A DNA stretch of 63,978 nucleotides, filler included, from Reticulomyxa filosa (GCA_000512085.1; 25 parts of 25 records of this genome joined end to end with filler, not necessarily neighbours in it); one strand, 5' to 3'; counted from the whole stretch's first letter, positions 51,021 through 63,345 are shown. Program-made: numbers and translations. Notes: a model not told the origin generated them from the letters alone.

Positions 51021-54000
51021 TTGTCGAAGATCAAACATGGATTTGGTAACTCCAATGTTTTGTTAGAACCTGTGCATAACATGACGATAGAACGACTGAA
51101 ACAAGCAAAAAATCAAATGGCCGATGGTTACACACTTTACGATATTTTTAAAAAAGGACTTTACAAAAAGCTATTGCCGTCTAAAAATGAGCAGCAAGGT
51201 TTTATTCAAAATTGTGAGCATGTTAATAACAGTTTAATCACCAGCGGGTGGATTCAGGTTCTGTTGGCGCTTTGTGAAAATTGCTATTTGGAAGTTTAAC
51301 AAAAAAAAACATTTCTTTTGCCTTCCCAAAAAAAAGCCATTCTAATTATAAATAGGCAGCACTTGACAATCTGGAGCAATCTACTCTGCTTTCTATTTTT
51401 GTGAGTAGTGGAAGAAATAAACAATTTGTCCCAATATCTCATCACGAGTACATCCCAGACAAAGATTTGCATTTTTTCAAGGTGAAAATGTTGTACAAAG
51501 CACAATTTCCTTTTAGTTGGAATTTTCACACTTGGTTTGCTAAACAAAATCAAGGAGATCACAGTCCGTGGAGTGAGTCTGATAATTGGATTCATGAACG
51601 TGTTTCGAACTTGGAGAAAGTCATGAATTCCAGTGGCGAACCGTTCTCCTTGCTGAATAAGTGTGAGGAAAGAGAATGTGCAATGTATACGAAAGATGTG
51701 ATTCGAGGAATGTTTCATCGATATATTTCTGTCCAAGGGAATGACGATGCGCCCGACATTGCCAAGAAAATTGTATTTTTGATTAGTAAAATTATATTTG
51801 AAAAAAATTGTCCAAAAATAAGTATTCCGTTGATTGAAGTGATTATTTACCAAATGAAAGATGTAATTAAAAGTTATTTGCAATTATTGTCACTGTGTGA
51901 CAATCAGGAGGTTCGATCCAGCGTCAAACAATTATTTACTTCGGTACATCCCCCGTTGATTCAATTGATCCAAGTGACATTGAAGTTATCCAACTACTTC
52001 TTATGGCACCCATCCCAAATGAATGACATAGACATTCCTGCCAAAATTTGCCTTGCATGTGACGCATCGCAAATCATTGCAAACTTTCTACATAAACGAT
52101 GCCCAAAAAGAAAGGAATATCAAGAATTTTCATCTGTGTATCGACAACTTCAAATGAAAAATCTTGGACTCAAATACTTTTGGACAATCGATTGTTATTC
52201 AACCTCACCTAAAGAGAACCTTGTTGCAGTGAATACATTGATGTTGGCAAAACCAGAATTTGCAAAAAGGACATACTTATACAGATTATTGATCCAATTA
52301 TTGGGAGTCAATCTCTTTCTGTTTCATTGATGAGAAAGATCATATTTTTCATTCGAGATTTGTTGTATATTGCACAACAAGTGGAACATCTGAGCGAACA
52401 AATGGCTAAACCGATGTTTCAAAATACAATTGAGCATGTCTTGGGCAGAGTAAACAAATTATCTAAAGACTATTCTACAAATATGTTGAAGTTGCAAGCA
52501 TTGGAACTCCTCCTTGTTAAAGTCAAAGAGGTGGATCCAACCTTTATTGAAAAACATGGTTTCAAAAATTCTCCTTGAATCGTATCTACGAACGAATACT
52601 AATGAACCAAACCGTATTAGATTTTAAGATAATATCTAATCAAAGCCCATTTGAAAAAATTGAAGCTATTTCCAAACTTAAAGTACAATTGATGAAATGC
52701 GTAAATTTCTTGTGTAGATCTGAAACAACTGGAGAACTCTCCGCCTGCAAGACGTTTAAATCAACTTTGGATAAAATCAGTGAGGCATTATCGTATTTCA
52801 AAAGTAACAAAGCTCTATTCGGCAATGAACTGAGTGTATACGAACAATATCTTCATGTTTGGTTTTTAAGACAGTGTTGCATGTTGAAAGGTCCTTGTTG
52901 GACACAAAACTTCTTCACTCAACCCGAAATAAGAAAGAAGCATCCCATCTTCGCATCCGAAAAGCAGAGTTGTGTGTTTTCGAAATTGAATCCTAAAAGC
53001 AAGTTTACATGGCTGGAGACTCCATTCGATAAAGCCTTCACAGATAAGTACCATGATTTCAAAAGAAAATTATCGAATATTGATACCATCAAACAGTGTG
53101 TTATCACAGAAAAAGAAGATTTTGTTCCTTTATTGATTGCTGCTTTGTCCATCTCGCCTCCTTCCAATGATATTCAATTTTCATTCAGTTATGTATACTT
53201 AATCTCACACAATAAATGTAACAACTATTCATACCATACACTTTAAAAAAAATGCATAGATATACAATCACAACTTTTGGGCTGCAACATTGTCACTCGT
53301 GGAATCGATCGTGCTTGCATCACCAATTTGCTCAGACGAGATCCTGCCAAAATACAATTGAAGATGTTTTATTCTTTCAATGTTGAAGATACAACTCATC
53401 CCACTATTGCAAAACTTGGTTTTCATTGGCTAGGAACCCTTCAAATCACCAAAAGTTTTACATAACGATTGATATTTCACATTTTTATAATTTGTTAATT
53501 TATTTACTTTATTTTACTTTGTTTGTGTACACATATCAAATTATAACAGCCAATCCCTTTACAATATTGCTAAACAATCTTGATCAATATGAAAATCAAC
53601 GCATGCCTGGAGAGCCACCAAAGAATGTCAAAACCAGTACCTTTGCATTGCATCATTGTCGAAATGGACATGCTTTGTTGATGAAAAAACGTGGAACTGT
53701 CCGAAGAGTTACCAAATGCACCGATCCTTGGTGTTCTGCAAAGATTGAAGAACCAGCACTTCTTGCACATCAAACCAATATACAATCTGAAATTGATGAT
53801 TTGTATGTATTGTTTTATATATACATATATATATATATTGTTTATTCTATTAACTATTGTTTTTTTTTTTTAAAAAAAAAAAGACATAATCCAAATGTGG
53901 ATTTCGATCTTAAATCACAAATGGACATATCTCCAGTAATTTGTAGATTGTTGCAATTATTAAATTCTTTAACAATGCTATTAAGAGATTTGGGAGAATT

Positions 54001-54148
54001 GAAGGATTGTCCAATTCTCATCAAATTATTGCAACGTTCAAACAATATAACTGAAATTTTATGGAGACGTGCCAAACAACAATTTATAACATTGTGTAAA
54101 ATGACAGAATTGAATGAAGAACAACTTTCTATGGCATTGCATCGTTGG
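51021..54148 (+). CDS. RNF213 (mysterin)-like E3 module fragment with an RZ-type zinc finger
   Basis: AQFPFSW (~51500-51520), RZ-like CRNGH-x6-RG-x7-C-x4-C (53657-53734), then ISPVICRLLQLLNSLTMLL like RNF213 SPVVFLLIRLLTH. Frame breaks at A-runs near 52265 and 52552. Confidence 0.7.
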
Positions 54149-54363
54149 NNNNNNNNNNNNNNNNNNNNNNNNNNNNNNNNNNNNNNNNNNNNTTAATTAA
54201 TTAANNNNNNNNNNNNNNNNNNNNNNNNNNNNNNNNNNNNNNNNNNNNGAAAGATAAATGACATATCGCGATGTCAACATGCAAGGGAGTTTGGTATTGC
54301 AGCAGTTGATCAAAGTCAAGACTGGTTGTTCCATAGAACAGTTTGCAATCCTGTTGAAAACAT

Positions 54364-54780
54364 GCTGCAATTGCATGAAATGAAAAATAAAAAATGTAAT
54401 GTATTATCAATTGATCAAGAAGAAAAAGAAGGAATCAATTATATTACTGATTTGGACTATACTAGAGTATCTCTTCGATGCCCTTTGTCTATGATTCGTA
54501 TTCAAACTCATGTTCGAGGATGCAATTGCTTAATCAACAGTGTTTGGACCTAAAGTCATACTTGATATTTAGCGAGATGACAGGAAATTGGCAATGCACA
54601 GTTTGCGCAAAACCATTAAAATACGAAGAATTATGCGATTATAAAATGCTTCAAATAATCAATAACGAAAACGATGAAAACGATTTAATTCAATTATACT
54701 ACGATTACAAATATAAAATTGTCACTAACCAAGAACAAAATGACGAAGACATAAATCAAAATTACATTAGAAAAAAAAAA
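54364..54780 (+). pseudogene. SP-RING (zf-MIZ, PIAS/Siz-like) SUMO ligase fragment, frameshifted
   Basis: RVSLRCPLSMIRIQTHVRGCNC, then in another frame QCLDLKSYL...NWQCTVCAKP. The conserved His is absent. Confidence 0.7.
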
Positions 54781-55318
54781 GAAAATTTTCACAAATTTAT
54801 TCAATTGACTCTACTTCTACTGCTACTACTGCTTCTATTCATGTTACACAATTCAAACCTACTTCTTTTAAATCTAGTACTTCTCATTTTTCTCATTTTT
54901 CTCATTCTTCTAGTTCTTCTCATTCTTCTCATTATTCTCATTCTTATCTTTCTAATTCTTTCTGTCGTCATGAGCAACAGCAGAACATACAATCTACTTC
55001 ATCCAATTATTCCACAGCAACTACTCGTATTGAACTTGATTAATGCAATATATTTTTCATATACATACTTTGAAACAATTCTTTAAACATTTTTTTGGTC
55101 TTTTTTTTATACTTGGGTCAACGCTGACTGTTTTTGGCACAACTTCTTGCAAATCATTATTCTTGCTCAAACATTAACCCATTTTTTTCAAAAAAACCAC
55201 TTTCTAACTTTGCAACAAAAACTTCTCGTTACTTTTTTTTTATAGATGTTCTTTTGTTCAATCCTTTTTTTTTTTTTTTTGGACATTTTTTCCCCTTTCA
55301 ACTCGATTGACATTGCAA

Positions 55319-56593
55319 ATGAATAAGCCCGTACCACGACGTAAAAATTCAAACGACACAGGAGGTCAAACAATCTCAGCATGTCGTTTTTTTTTTTGAA
55401 CGCTACGAAAACGACGTTCACCAACTGTTGCAAGAGCACAACGCAGACGTCCACTACGGAGTGGCGTTTTCGTTGGACGAGTTGATTGACTACGACACAT
55501 GCATAGGATATCAGCTGCTGAGTAACCCACAGCAGTGCCTAGAATGGTTGGACGAGGGACTGTTCCACGCCCAGAGTATTTTGTGACAAAGACTGACAAG
55601 TGACAATAGTGGCAACAACAACACAACGAATATGAATGGCGGGATGAAGAGCAAGTACACATTGAAAGAAAAGTGTCACGCACGAGTGAAGTGTGACCTG
55701 AATTATGCGATGTTGCGAAAGCAGAGTATTTCAAGTATCCGTTGCACCGACATTAATCGACTGATCCAGTGCAGCGGGACGGTGGTGAGGAACTCGCGGA
55801 ACAAAGTGTTGGAAAGTTCGTGCGTGTTCGAGTGCACGCAGTGTGGAGAAAAGTGGACCGAGTACGCGGACATTGCCAACATGAAGGCGATCGTGCCACC
55901 AAAGCAGTGTCAAAACGCGAAGAAAAAGCCCAAGTGTAAAAGCACCTCGTTTTCGTGTCTGAGCGACAATGTGGAAAACATTGACTTCCAAGAGATCACC
56001 ATCCAAGAGCAAGTGTTTTATCACAACAATACGGACAGCGGATTTTGGGAAGGAGGAGGAGGAGGAGGAGGAGATGGAGGTAATGGTGGTGCAGGTAATG
56101 ACAGTGGAGGGGGTAAAGAAGACAATGGCAATGAAATGGACCGAGAAAGGGATAGTCTCATTCCAAGAAATATCAAGTGCATATTGATGTGCGACTTGGT
56201 GGATTGCTGTCAGGCCGGGGACGACATTGAACTGACGGGGATCGTGAGGAAGAAGTTCAATCGCATCGGCGAGAACCAGCGCTGCGATGTCGAACTGTAC
56301 ATCCACGTGATATACGTCACGAAGAAAGACAAGTTTGGCGGGTTTGACAAAAACAATCCCAACGACGAAAACACAAACAATCACGGCGAATTCCGCGGCG
56401 CATTCGACTACTTTTGGACGCAACACGGGACCCATCCTTTGCAGGCCAGAAATCAAATCGTCAGCAATATCTGTCCTCAGCTCTGCGGCATGTTCGTCGT
56501 CAAGTTGGCCGTGGCTTTAACCATCATTGGCGGAGTTACACAAGAAGCTGTTCATTCCACTGATAATCGCATCACTAATAATAATAATAATAA
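55319..56593 (+). CDS. MCM9: DNA helicase MCM9, N-terminal part (3' truncated)
   Basis: HYGVAFSLDELI, KCHARV, GTVVR, FECTQC...C...C zinc finger, DFQEITIQEQ, DLVDCCQAGDD and PLQARNQIVSNICPQLCGMFVVKLAVAL. T-run frameshift at ~55395 and in-frame TGA at 55584. Confidence 0.88.
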
Positions 56594-57317
56594 NNNNNNN
56601 NNNNNNNNNNNNNNNNNNNNNNNNNNNNNNNNNNNNNTTAATTAATTAANNNNNNNNNNNNNNNNNNNNNNNNNNNNNNNNNNNNNNNNNNNNGAGAGGG
56701 TTACAATCTCTTTATTTATTTATTTATTTGTTTATTATTGTTGTTATTATTTTCATTTTTCTTAAAATGACAGTTATTTTCAACAAAAAACACAAATCAA
56801 AAGGAAAGTGGCGACAAATACAAAGCGAAGGACACGATGGAAATAGAAGAGATGATGGATCAGCAAGGTGTGTCTCTCTTCTCTCTCTCTTCTCTTCTCT
56901 CTCTTTGGACAAGTTGAAGGGGATTGGCTTTGTTGTTTTGCGTGTTTGAAACCGGAAAACTTGGCTCATTCCTTTTGCTCAGCGAACAGCAAGGATGAGT
57001 TGTTGCAGCGACGAACTATGATTGAAGACGACTTCATTTGGGTATGTGAATATATGGCACAAGAAAAGAGGGGGGGGAGGAGGAAAAAGAAAAACTCACA
57101 CATGTACATGCATGCACACATGCTGGACATAAACAAAAATAGGAATGGAAAAAAAACAACGAAGAATGGAGTGCATATTCACCAAACTTGTCAAACAAAT
57201 GGGAGAAATTGGAAGCACCAACAATGGTTTGTCCATTATACATGAACACGTGTGGTCTATTTTTTATTTGTTTCAATTTGCCCTTCCAAAACAACAATTG
57301 CAAAATAGTGGATTTTG

Positions 57318-57411
57318 TTATATACATATACATATATATGTATATGTATATGTATACGTATATATATATATACATATATGTATATGCATATACATATATA
57401 TATATATATAT
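57318..57411. repeat. TA/TATG microsatellite tract (intron-like)
   Basis: Alternating TA, CATA and TATG units. Similar tracts occur in many introns in this window. Confidence 0.8.
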
Positions 57412-58029
57412 AAACAGACGACAGTGGAAATTGAAAATCAAAGATATTTTTGGGTAAAATTTACACGAGACACTGCTCTGCAGGCCAATGAACAGGGCAA
57501 ACAAGTGCGAAATGTTCGAAGGGTAAAACGCCTGCAATTACAAGACACGGAGAGATTTTTCAGCACTTCTGGTATTTTTGTCATTACTATTGTCCTTGTT
57601 TCTTCCAACAGCACTTCATATACCACATACATATATGTATATACATATGTGTATGCGCACATGCTTTTTGGAAAAGTTTACGTGCTTGTAAATGGTATGC
57701 ATAGTGAACAATCGCAGCAAACAAGACAAATCAACGTCAAATAGCGATCAAGATACTTCATATGTCCTTTGGGTTAACCAAACTTTATTTTGTTTTATTT
57801 AGTCTGTTTTCTTTCTCTTTTTTTTTTTTTTTTNNNNNNNNNNNNNNNNNNNNNNNNNNNNNNNNNNNNNNNNNNNNTTAATTAATTAANNNNNNNNNNN
57901 NNNNNNNNNNNNNNNNNNNNNNNNNNNNNNNNNTTTTCTTTCTTTTCTTCCGCCTCCAAAGTTTGAAACAAAAAAAAATTTTTGAGTGAGTGTGTTTTCA
58001 ATCATGCTGTAACAACAACAAAAAAAAAG

Positions 58030-58748
58030 GCATGTTTTGGAATTACCAGTATGAATATAAAAATGCAATAACGAATGAATTGGGCTTGTCGTGTCAATGC
58101 AAACTATATCTATTGACGAACAAAAAAAACGAAACATACCGTAATCGGTGTGAACAGGTGCATACGTGGCTTTTGGAGACGGTGGATATGATAAATTCGT
58201 CACTATGGCTGTTCAATGACGGGTTGAACGACAGCACATGCTTGAACAATGACGGACTGACATGGACGTATAACCAAGGGGTAATATTATTGGGACTAGA
58301 ATTAATGAGTCAAATTGACCCGGCTCGGTATTTCAATGCATCTTTAACGTTGGCAAAGAGGTTGATTTACGGTGTCACCACACACTTGATACAAATTCAA
58401 AATACGTCGAGCAGTGTCACTCCACAAGCACATATATTGCGAGAGGTTGTCAATGCAACCCAAGTCCGCACCAGCACCGACCACGAACAGTTCAAAGGAA
58501 TTTGGATGAGATATGCCTCCTACTTCTTCAAGTACTTGCAAGACTTGAATATCGAACCTCAGCTGCGAAATGATATGCGTAATTTCGTTCGCGAAAATTG
58601 GTATTATGGGTTGCTCACTTATGCTAAATATCCTTCCGATGGCGTATTTGTATTTGATTCTGTTTGGTATGAAGATTATCAATATTCCGATGGCGTCTCT
58701 CAAACGAGCGCCATTGATGCGTTTAATGCTGCTTTTGTATTTCTGTGA
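58030..58748 (+). CDS. Glycoside hydrolase family 76 (alpha-1,6-mannanase-like), last exon
   Basis: GMFW...YKNAITNEL, LFNDGL...TCLNN...TWTYNQGVIL, QFKGIWMRY and SQTSAIDAFNAA. Confidence 0.88.
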
Positions 58749-59034
58749 TGCGAGTTGTTTTTTTTCTTCCTTTGTTCTTGAGCAGAAGAGTTGTGTTTTT
58801 TCATGTAGCATAAGGTGACATTAATTAAAAATCTTTTTTTTTCAATCTCCAAAATTTCAGCAAAAATTTAAATAAATGAAAAAATAAATATAAACAAAGT
58901 TTAACTTTCGGGAAACAAGCAAGAAACATTCCGAGCTGTTGTCAGCCCCTTTGTGTAAGCAGTGTTCTAATCACTAATCTTTAGCTAGCCTTATTTTTTT
59001 CCCAGTTCTCTCCGTATATTGACTATATTGTATC

Positions 59035-59485
59035 ATGTCCTCATCTATGCCTCAAGTGTTTCAAGCAATGTCCTACCCTGCAAGCATACGTGGCAACGAA
59101 ACAACTTTGATGACACGTAACGTGAGCTCAAACCAAAAAGCAGGAGGACAGCATAGCGAAAGTAATTCCCCAGTGACATGGAACAAGCGCAATTTGAGTA
59201 TCAACGAAAACGCAAGCGAAATACATGGGACCACGGGTTATTATAGACACTTTGCAAATACCGGCCATGTGGGGACACCTACGGCGATATCTCCAAACTA
59301 TTATGACGTCTCCACACCCTGCACAAGGACCACTTGGAGCGGGTATGCAAGTCCGGTATCAAGAACGAGTTCGATCACTGCCACTCCGACAAATCACGGC
59401 GATATAGATCCGATTTTGGTGATCATTCCAGCCTTTCACGCAAATTCCATGTACAACCATAACAATGGCAATAATAATAATAATA
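59035..59485 (+). CDS. Ser/Thr-rich N-terminus of a hypothetical protein
   Basis: ATG-initiated ORF open to the contig end, ending in a poly-Asn tract. Confidence 0.5.
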
Positions 59486-59664
59486 NNNNNNNNNNNNNNN
59501 NNNNNNNNNNNNNNNNNNNNNNNNNNNNNTTAATTAATTAANNNNNNNNNNNNNNNNNNNNNNNNNNNNNNNNNNNNNNNNNNNNGGGGGGGGGAGGTCT
59601 ACACATACACATACTTTATGACACACACACACATACACACACACGCACACATATAATAACAAAC

Positions 59665-60531
59665 TTGTTGCAAAGTGTCGACTTCTTTGGAACACGAATC
59701 CTTTTGTTGGAAGAACAACACCTTTTTGTCGTCGGCGATGCGATCACACGACAGGAGCATTTGCTCGGTGATGGCGCTGCACTCTTGGATGTATTTGTCC
59801 AACACCTGCTCGATGACGTCGCAGCACTGCTTGACCTGCGCGTCCAACTTGTCCACGCCGCCGTTGATCTTGTTCATCAATGTGTCCACCATCACGTCGC
59901 GCTCGTTCAGTTCGTCCATACACTTTTGCTCTTCAGGCGTCACCGTTATGTGTTGAATGACCGATCGAATATCGTATTCGGACATTGATTGAATGTCCTT
60001 GTTGTCTTGTCCTTGAACTTGTTTTCCGTCCAATTTTTTTTCTTTTTCTTTGTTATCGTCTCCATTACCACCATTGTTGTTGTTATTGTTATTATTGTTG
60101 TTGTTTCTCTCCTTTGATTGGTCGTCCAACCAACTCAACCCATTGTCTTGCGGTACACTCGCCACTCGTCTTTGCGACTTCAACTCGTCCACTCCTTTCA
60201 TAAATCGACGCGTGTGCAGTGTGTCCAGACCCAAGTCTTTGCAAAACAACCTGTTTCATTTTTTTTTCGTCCCATTTCTTCCATTTTACATGTACAACAT
60301 ACATATACTCCTACACAAACTACATCATATATCTTCTCTTCTCTTCTCAAATCATTTTGTCTCCCAAACTGTAGGTCTTCGCCATTAAATTCCATCACCT
60401 CATTTATGTCGATTTGTCTTTGCTCAAACGTCGATTGAATACTCTCCAACTTGTTCTTCTTCAACCAATCTGAAAGCACAAAAGGAGCTTCCGAAGCTCC
60501 TTCTGCTGCAAAATCTGAGATCAAGGAGGAC

Positions 60532-60533
<2 letters not shown>
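59665..60533 (-). CDS. SAM-domain + coiled-coil protein, N-terminal part
   Basis: LSDWLKKNKLESIQSTFEQRQIDINEVMEFNGEDLQ spliced to LFCKDLGLDTLHTRRFMKGVDELK forms a SAM-like domain, followed by poly-N and a coiled coil. Confidence 0.7.
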
Positions 60534-60563
<30 letters not shown>

Positions 60564-61663
60564 TCGCTTGCTTTGTTTTAGTTTTATTTATTGAATGAAA
60601 TCAATAATTTAATTTTATATTTAAGTGTATATCTAATTTTTTTATCTCAATCTTCACCCTTTCAAAATCTTCAGGTATCCACCGGCCCACGATCAAACTT
60701 CTATTTTTTCCCAAGTAAACGACATATGAAAGGGAAAAAAACACACTGTAATAAAATACATTAATACGAAGTTGAGAAAAATAATAGTAAATTTTTACAT
60801 TTTAAGCAAAAAGGCCTATCAAACTCAATAAAAATGTTAACTTAAGAAAAAAACGTATATATAATCAAAGTAATGTCGAAAAAAAATATCGTCAGAGCTG
60901 GAAAAAACTTGGAAAGAGAAAGGAAAAGTTAAAATAGTGCCACTTGCGGAATGCCACAGAAAGACTGGAAAAAATCTTTCGTGGAGAAATTGCAAGCAAA
61001 GCACTTGGGATTGACTTTTCCAAAAAATGTATATTTTTTGAATAATAAAAGACTCAATTATCTTCTTTGTCTCTCTTTTTTTTTTTTTTTTNNNNNNNNN
61101 NNNNNNNNNNNNNNNNNNNNNNNNNNNNNNNNNNNTTAATTAATTAANNNNNNNNNNNNNNNNNNNNNNNNNNNNNNNNNNNNNNNNNNNNTAACAATCA
61201 CGCATCATTTTGGAGTGTAAACGTTTTTTTGCCTATAATTAAAAAAAGCCAAAATAAAATAAAATTTTTTTAAAATAAGAATAAAAAACATAAATCAATG
61301 AGAAGTGGCTCGTATGAGAAATCTTAAAAAAAAAGTGCGTATTTTTTGAAAACATTTACCGGAAATGCGGAGAGACATGGTGAAAAAAAGTATGATATTT
61401 ACACTAAAGTAAATTAAAAATTGTATGACTCACCAATACTGGAGATTTTTTTGTGTCAATAATTTAAGCGTGAAACGCACATTTTTTTGTATATCCACAC
61501 TTTTTTTTTTTTTTTTGGAAACATTCAGGTATCAGCAACGGACACTGGCAGCACACATAAACAAAAAACAAAACAAAACAAAAAATAAACAAAGCAACCC
61601 CCCATGGAGATTGCTTTGAACACTATGTAATGCTGAGTAGTGATAGTTACAAAATCAAGTTAC

Positions 61664-62796
61664 CTAAAATGAAAACTTCCAAAAGACCCAAGTGCTTCCA
61701 GTTTTTCTTCGTCTCTCATCGTGGTAGTTAGCCGAGCCGCTGTGTGGTGGACAATATATTTTTATTTTATTTATTGGAAAAGAGAGAGAGAAAAAAAATA
61801 AAGAAAAGATTTTTTGTTGGCAATACATGCTAAATGGACAAGTGGGGCAATCAAAAGCCCATTTCCAATTAAAATCATAATGATACAATCTTTGCGGTCC
61901 AAACTGTATGCGAAATTGGCATACCACTTGGGCATCAACTTGCGCAAGTTATTGCTGCGCAAAGGCGTTTGCAACATGGGCATAGGTTCGTCCATGTGAT
62001 GTTCCAAAAACGCAATGAGTTTGTGGAGATGGGTCTCCTCGCCGTCGAGCCAGGACAAGTCGCAGAATTTGTGGCGATCGCGACTCAAGTGTTCGCGTAA
62101 GTAAGGAGAAATGCTCGCTGCACGACAGCGCAGCTGCAAGGCATTGGACAACTTGCCACGGAAAAAGATCCTCAAGTTGGCCGACTCGTTGAATTCATAA
62201 TACCTGGCAATGCCAAACGACTGCAACGTGCCAACATCAGTGGAGCACGTCAATGGCAAAGCTTCGCTGTTCGGAGGCCACGCAAATTTTATGTGACAAG
62301 CATTCAGCATCAATGCTATATTGCTCAACAGCCGATGCTCGCCAAGAGATTCCGATTCTTTCGTACATTTTTGCCAAAATGAGAACCCTTCTGATGACTT
62401 TTTAAATTGTTTGTATATATATATATTATATACAAATAGTATAAAAGAATAAAACATCCTCCTCCTTTCCCTCCCCCCCCCTTTTTTAAGACATGCGAGA
62501 GGAAACATAACATCAAACGCCAAAAAATACTTGACAAATAACTTGAGATGGATTGGCAATGATTGCTCCAACAAAAAATACTTTTTGTTGAATTTTTGTG
62601 ACGTTTTGCGCTTATCTTTCCAATTTTCGGACAAAGAAAAGATAGGCTTGTCTGGGAGGATCGTTGGCAGTGACTCATTCGGGGAGTGACAGTTGGCAAA
62701 GCAGTCTTCGTCACAACACTTTGGACTCGGTTGCTTCCTTTTTTTCGAGGATTTGGATTTTGAATTGGATTTAGATTTAGATTTAGATTTAGATTT
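61664..62796 (-). CDS. Protein with a C-terminal Skp1-like domain and a long N-terminal extension
   Basis: ASISPYLREHL...LHKLIAFLEHH...LQTPLRSNNL...KWYANFAYSLDRKDCIIMILIGNGLLIAPLVHLA follows Skp1 POZ and dimerisation motifs. Boundaries are approximate. Confidence 0.65.
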
Positions 62797-62896
62797 NNNN
62801 NNNNNNNNNNNNNNNNNNNNNNNNNNNNNNNNNNNNNNNNTTAATTAATTAANNNNNNNNNNNNNNNNNNNNNNNNNNNNNNNNNNNNNNNNNNNN

Positions 62897-63345
62897 ACAA
62901 CCAAACAATTGACTGTATTCAAAGGACATACAGGTAATGTAAGGAGTGTAAAATATGGATCAAATGAATTATCAAATACAATATTATCTGGATCAGATGA
63001 TTTTAGTTTCCGTTTATGGGATATTCGATCTGGTAACAAATTCAAGTGTTTAATGGACATACAAACGATGTTTGGTCTGTTGAATATTCACCATTTGTAA
63101 TAAAGAACAATATTGGTAATTCAAATGTTGTATGTTCTGGATCACAAGATAATACAATTCGTTTTTGGGATATTCGATCAAATAAGAATGAATTGTATAT
63201 TATTAAAGGAGATGATAAAAAAGATAAAGGAATAACTTGCCTTAAATTTATTGGATTGAAAAAAAAAGAGCAGACAAAGAATGTTTTATATGATTTGGGT
63301 TTGTGTCACAGTTCAGTCAAAGGTCCCATTCGTATTTGGAGATAA
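62897..63345 (+). pseudogene. WD40-repeat protein, 3' part, 1-nt frameshift at ~63037
   Basis: FKGHTGNVRSVKYGSNELSNTILSGSDDFSFRLWDIRSG, then FNGHTNDVWSVEYSPF...CSGSQDNTIRFWDIRS. Confidence 0.85.

Noticed and set aside
55584-55586. Genome-wide stop-codon reassignment
   Set aside because: TAA and TGA both terminate well-supported genes (IPO4, KPNB1, XPC, GH76), and long exons lack internal stops.
5161-56593. Apparent clusters: two importin-beta genes; XPC/POLD2/MCM9/SP-RING repair genes; NACHT + RNF213 defence island
   Set aside because: Nearly all lie on different contigs joined by linkers, so there is no evidence of physical linkage (only NACHT and POLD2 share a contig).
56694-57833. Gene on this small contig
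   Set aside because: Exon-like patches exist, but I could not establish strand, frame or family.
61340-61400. TGCGGAGA motif as a fourth copy of the structured repeat
   Set aside because: Only an 8-bp match, with no CTCC stem partner or flanking colinearity.
2082-62896. Regularly recurring TTAATTAATTAA palindrome as a CRISPR-like or biological repeat
   Set aside because: It is always centred in exactly 88 Ns, so it is an artificial six-frame-stop contig linker.
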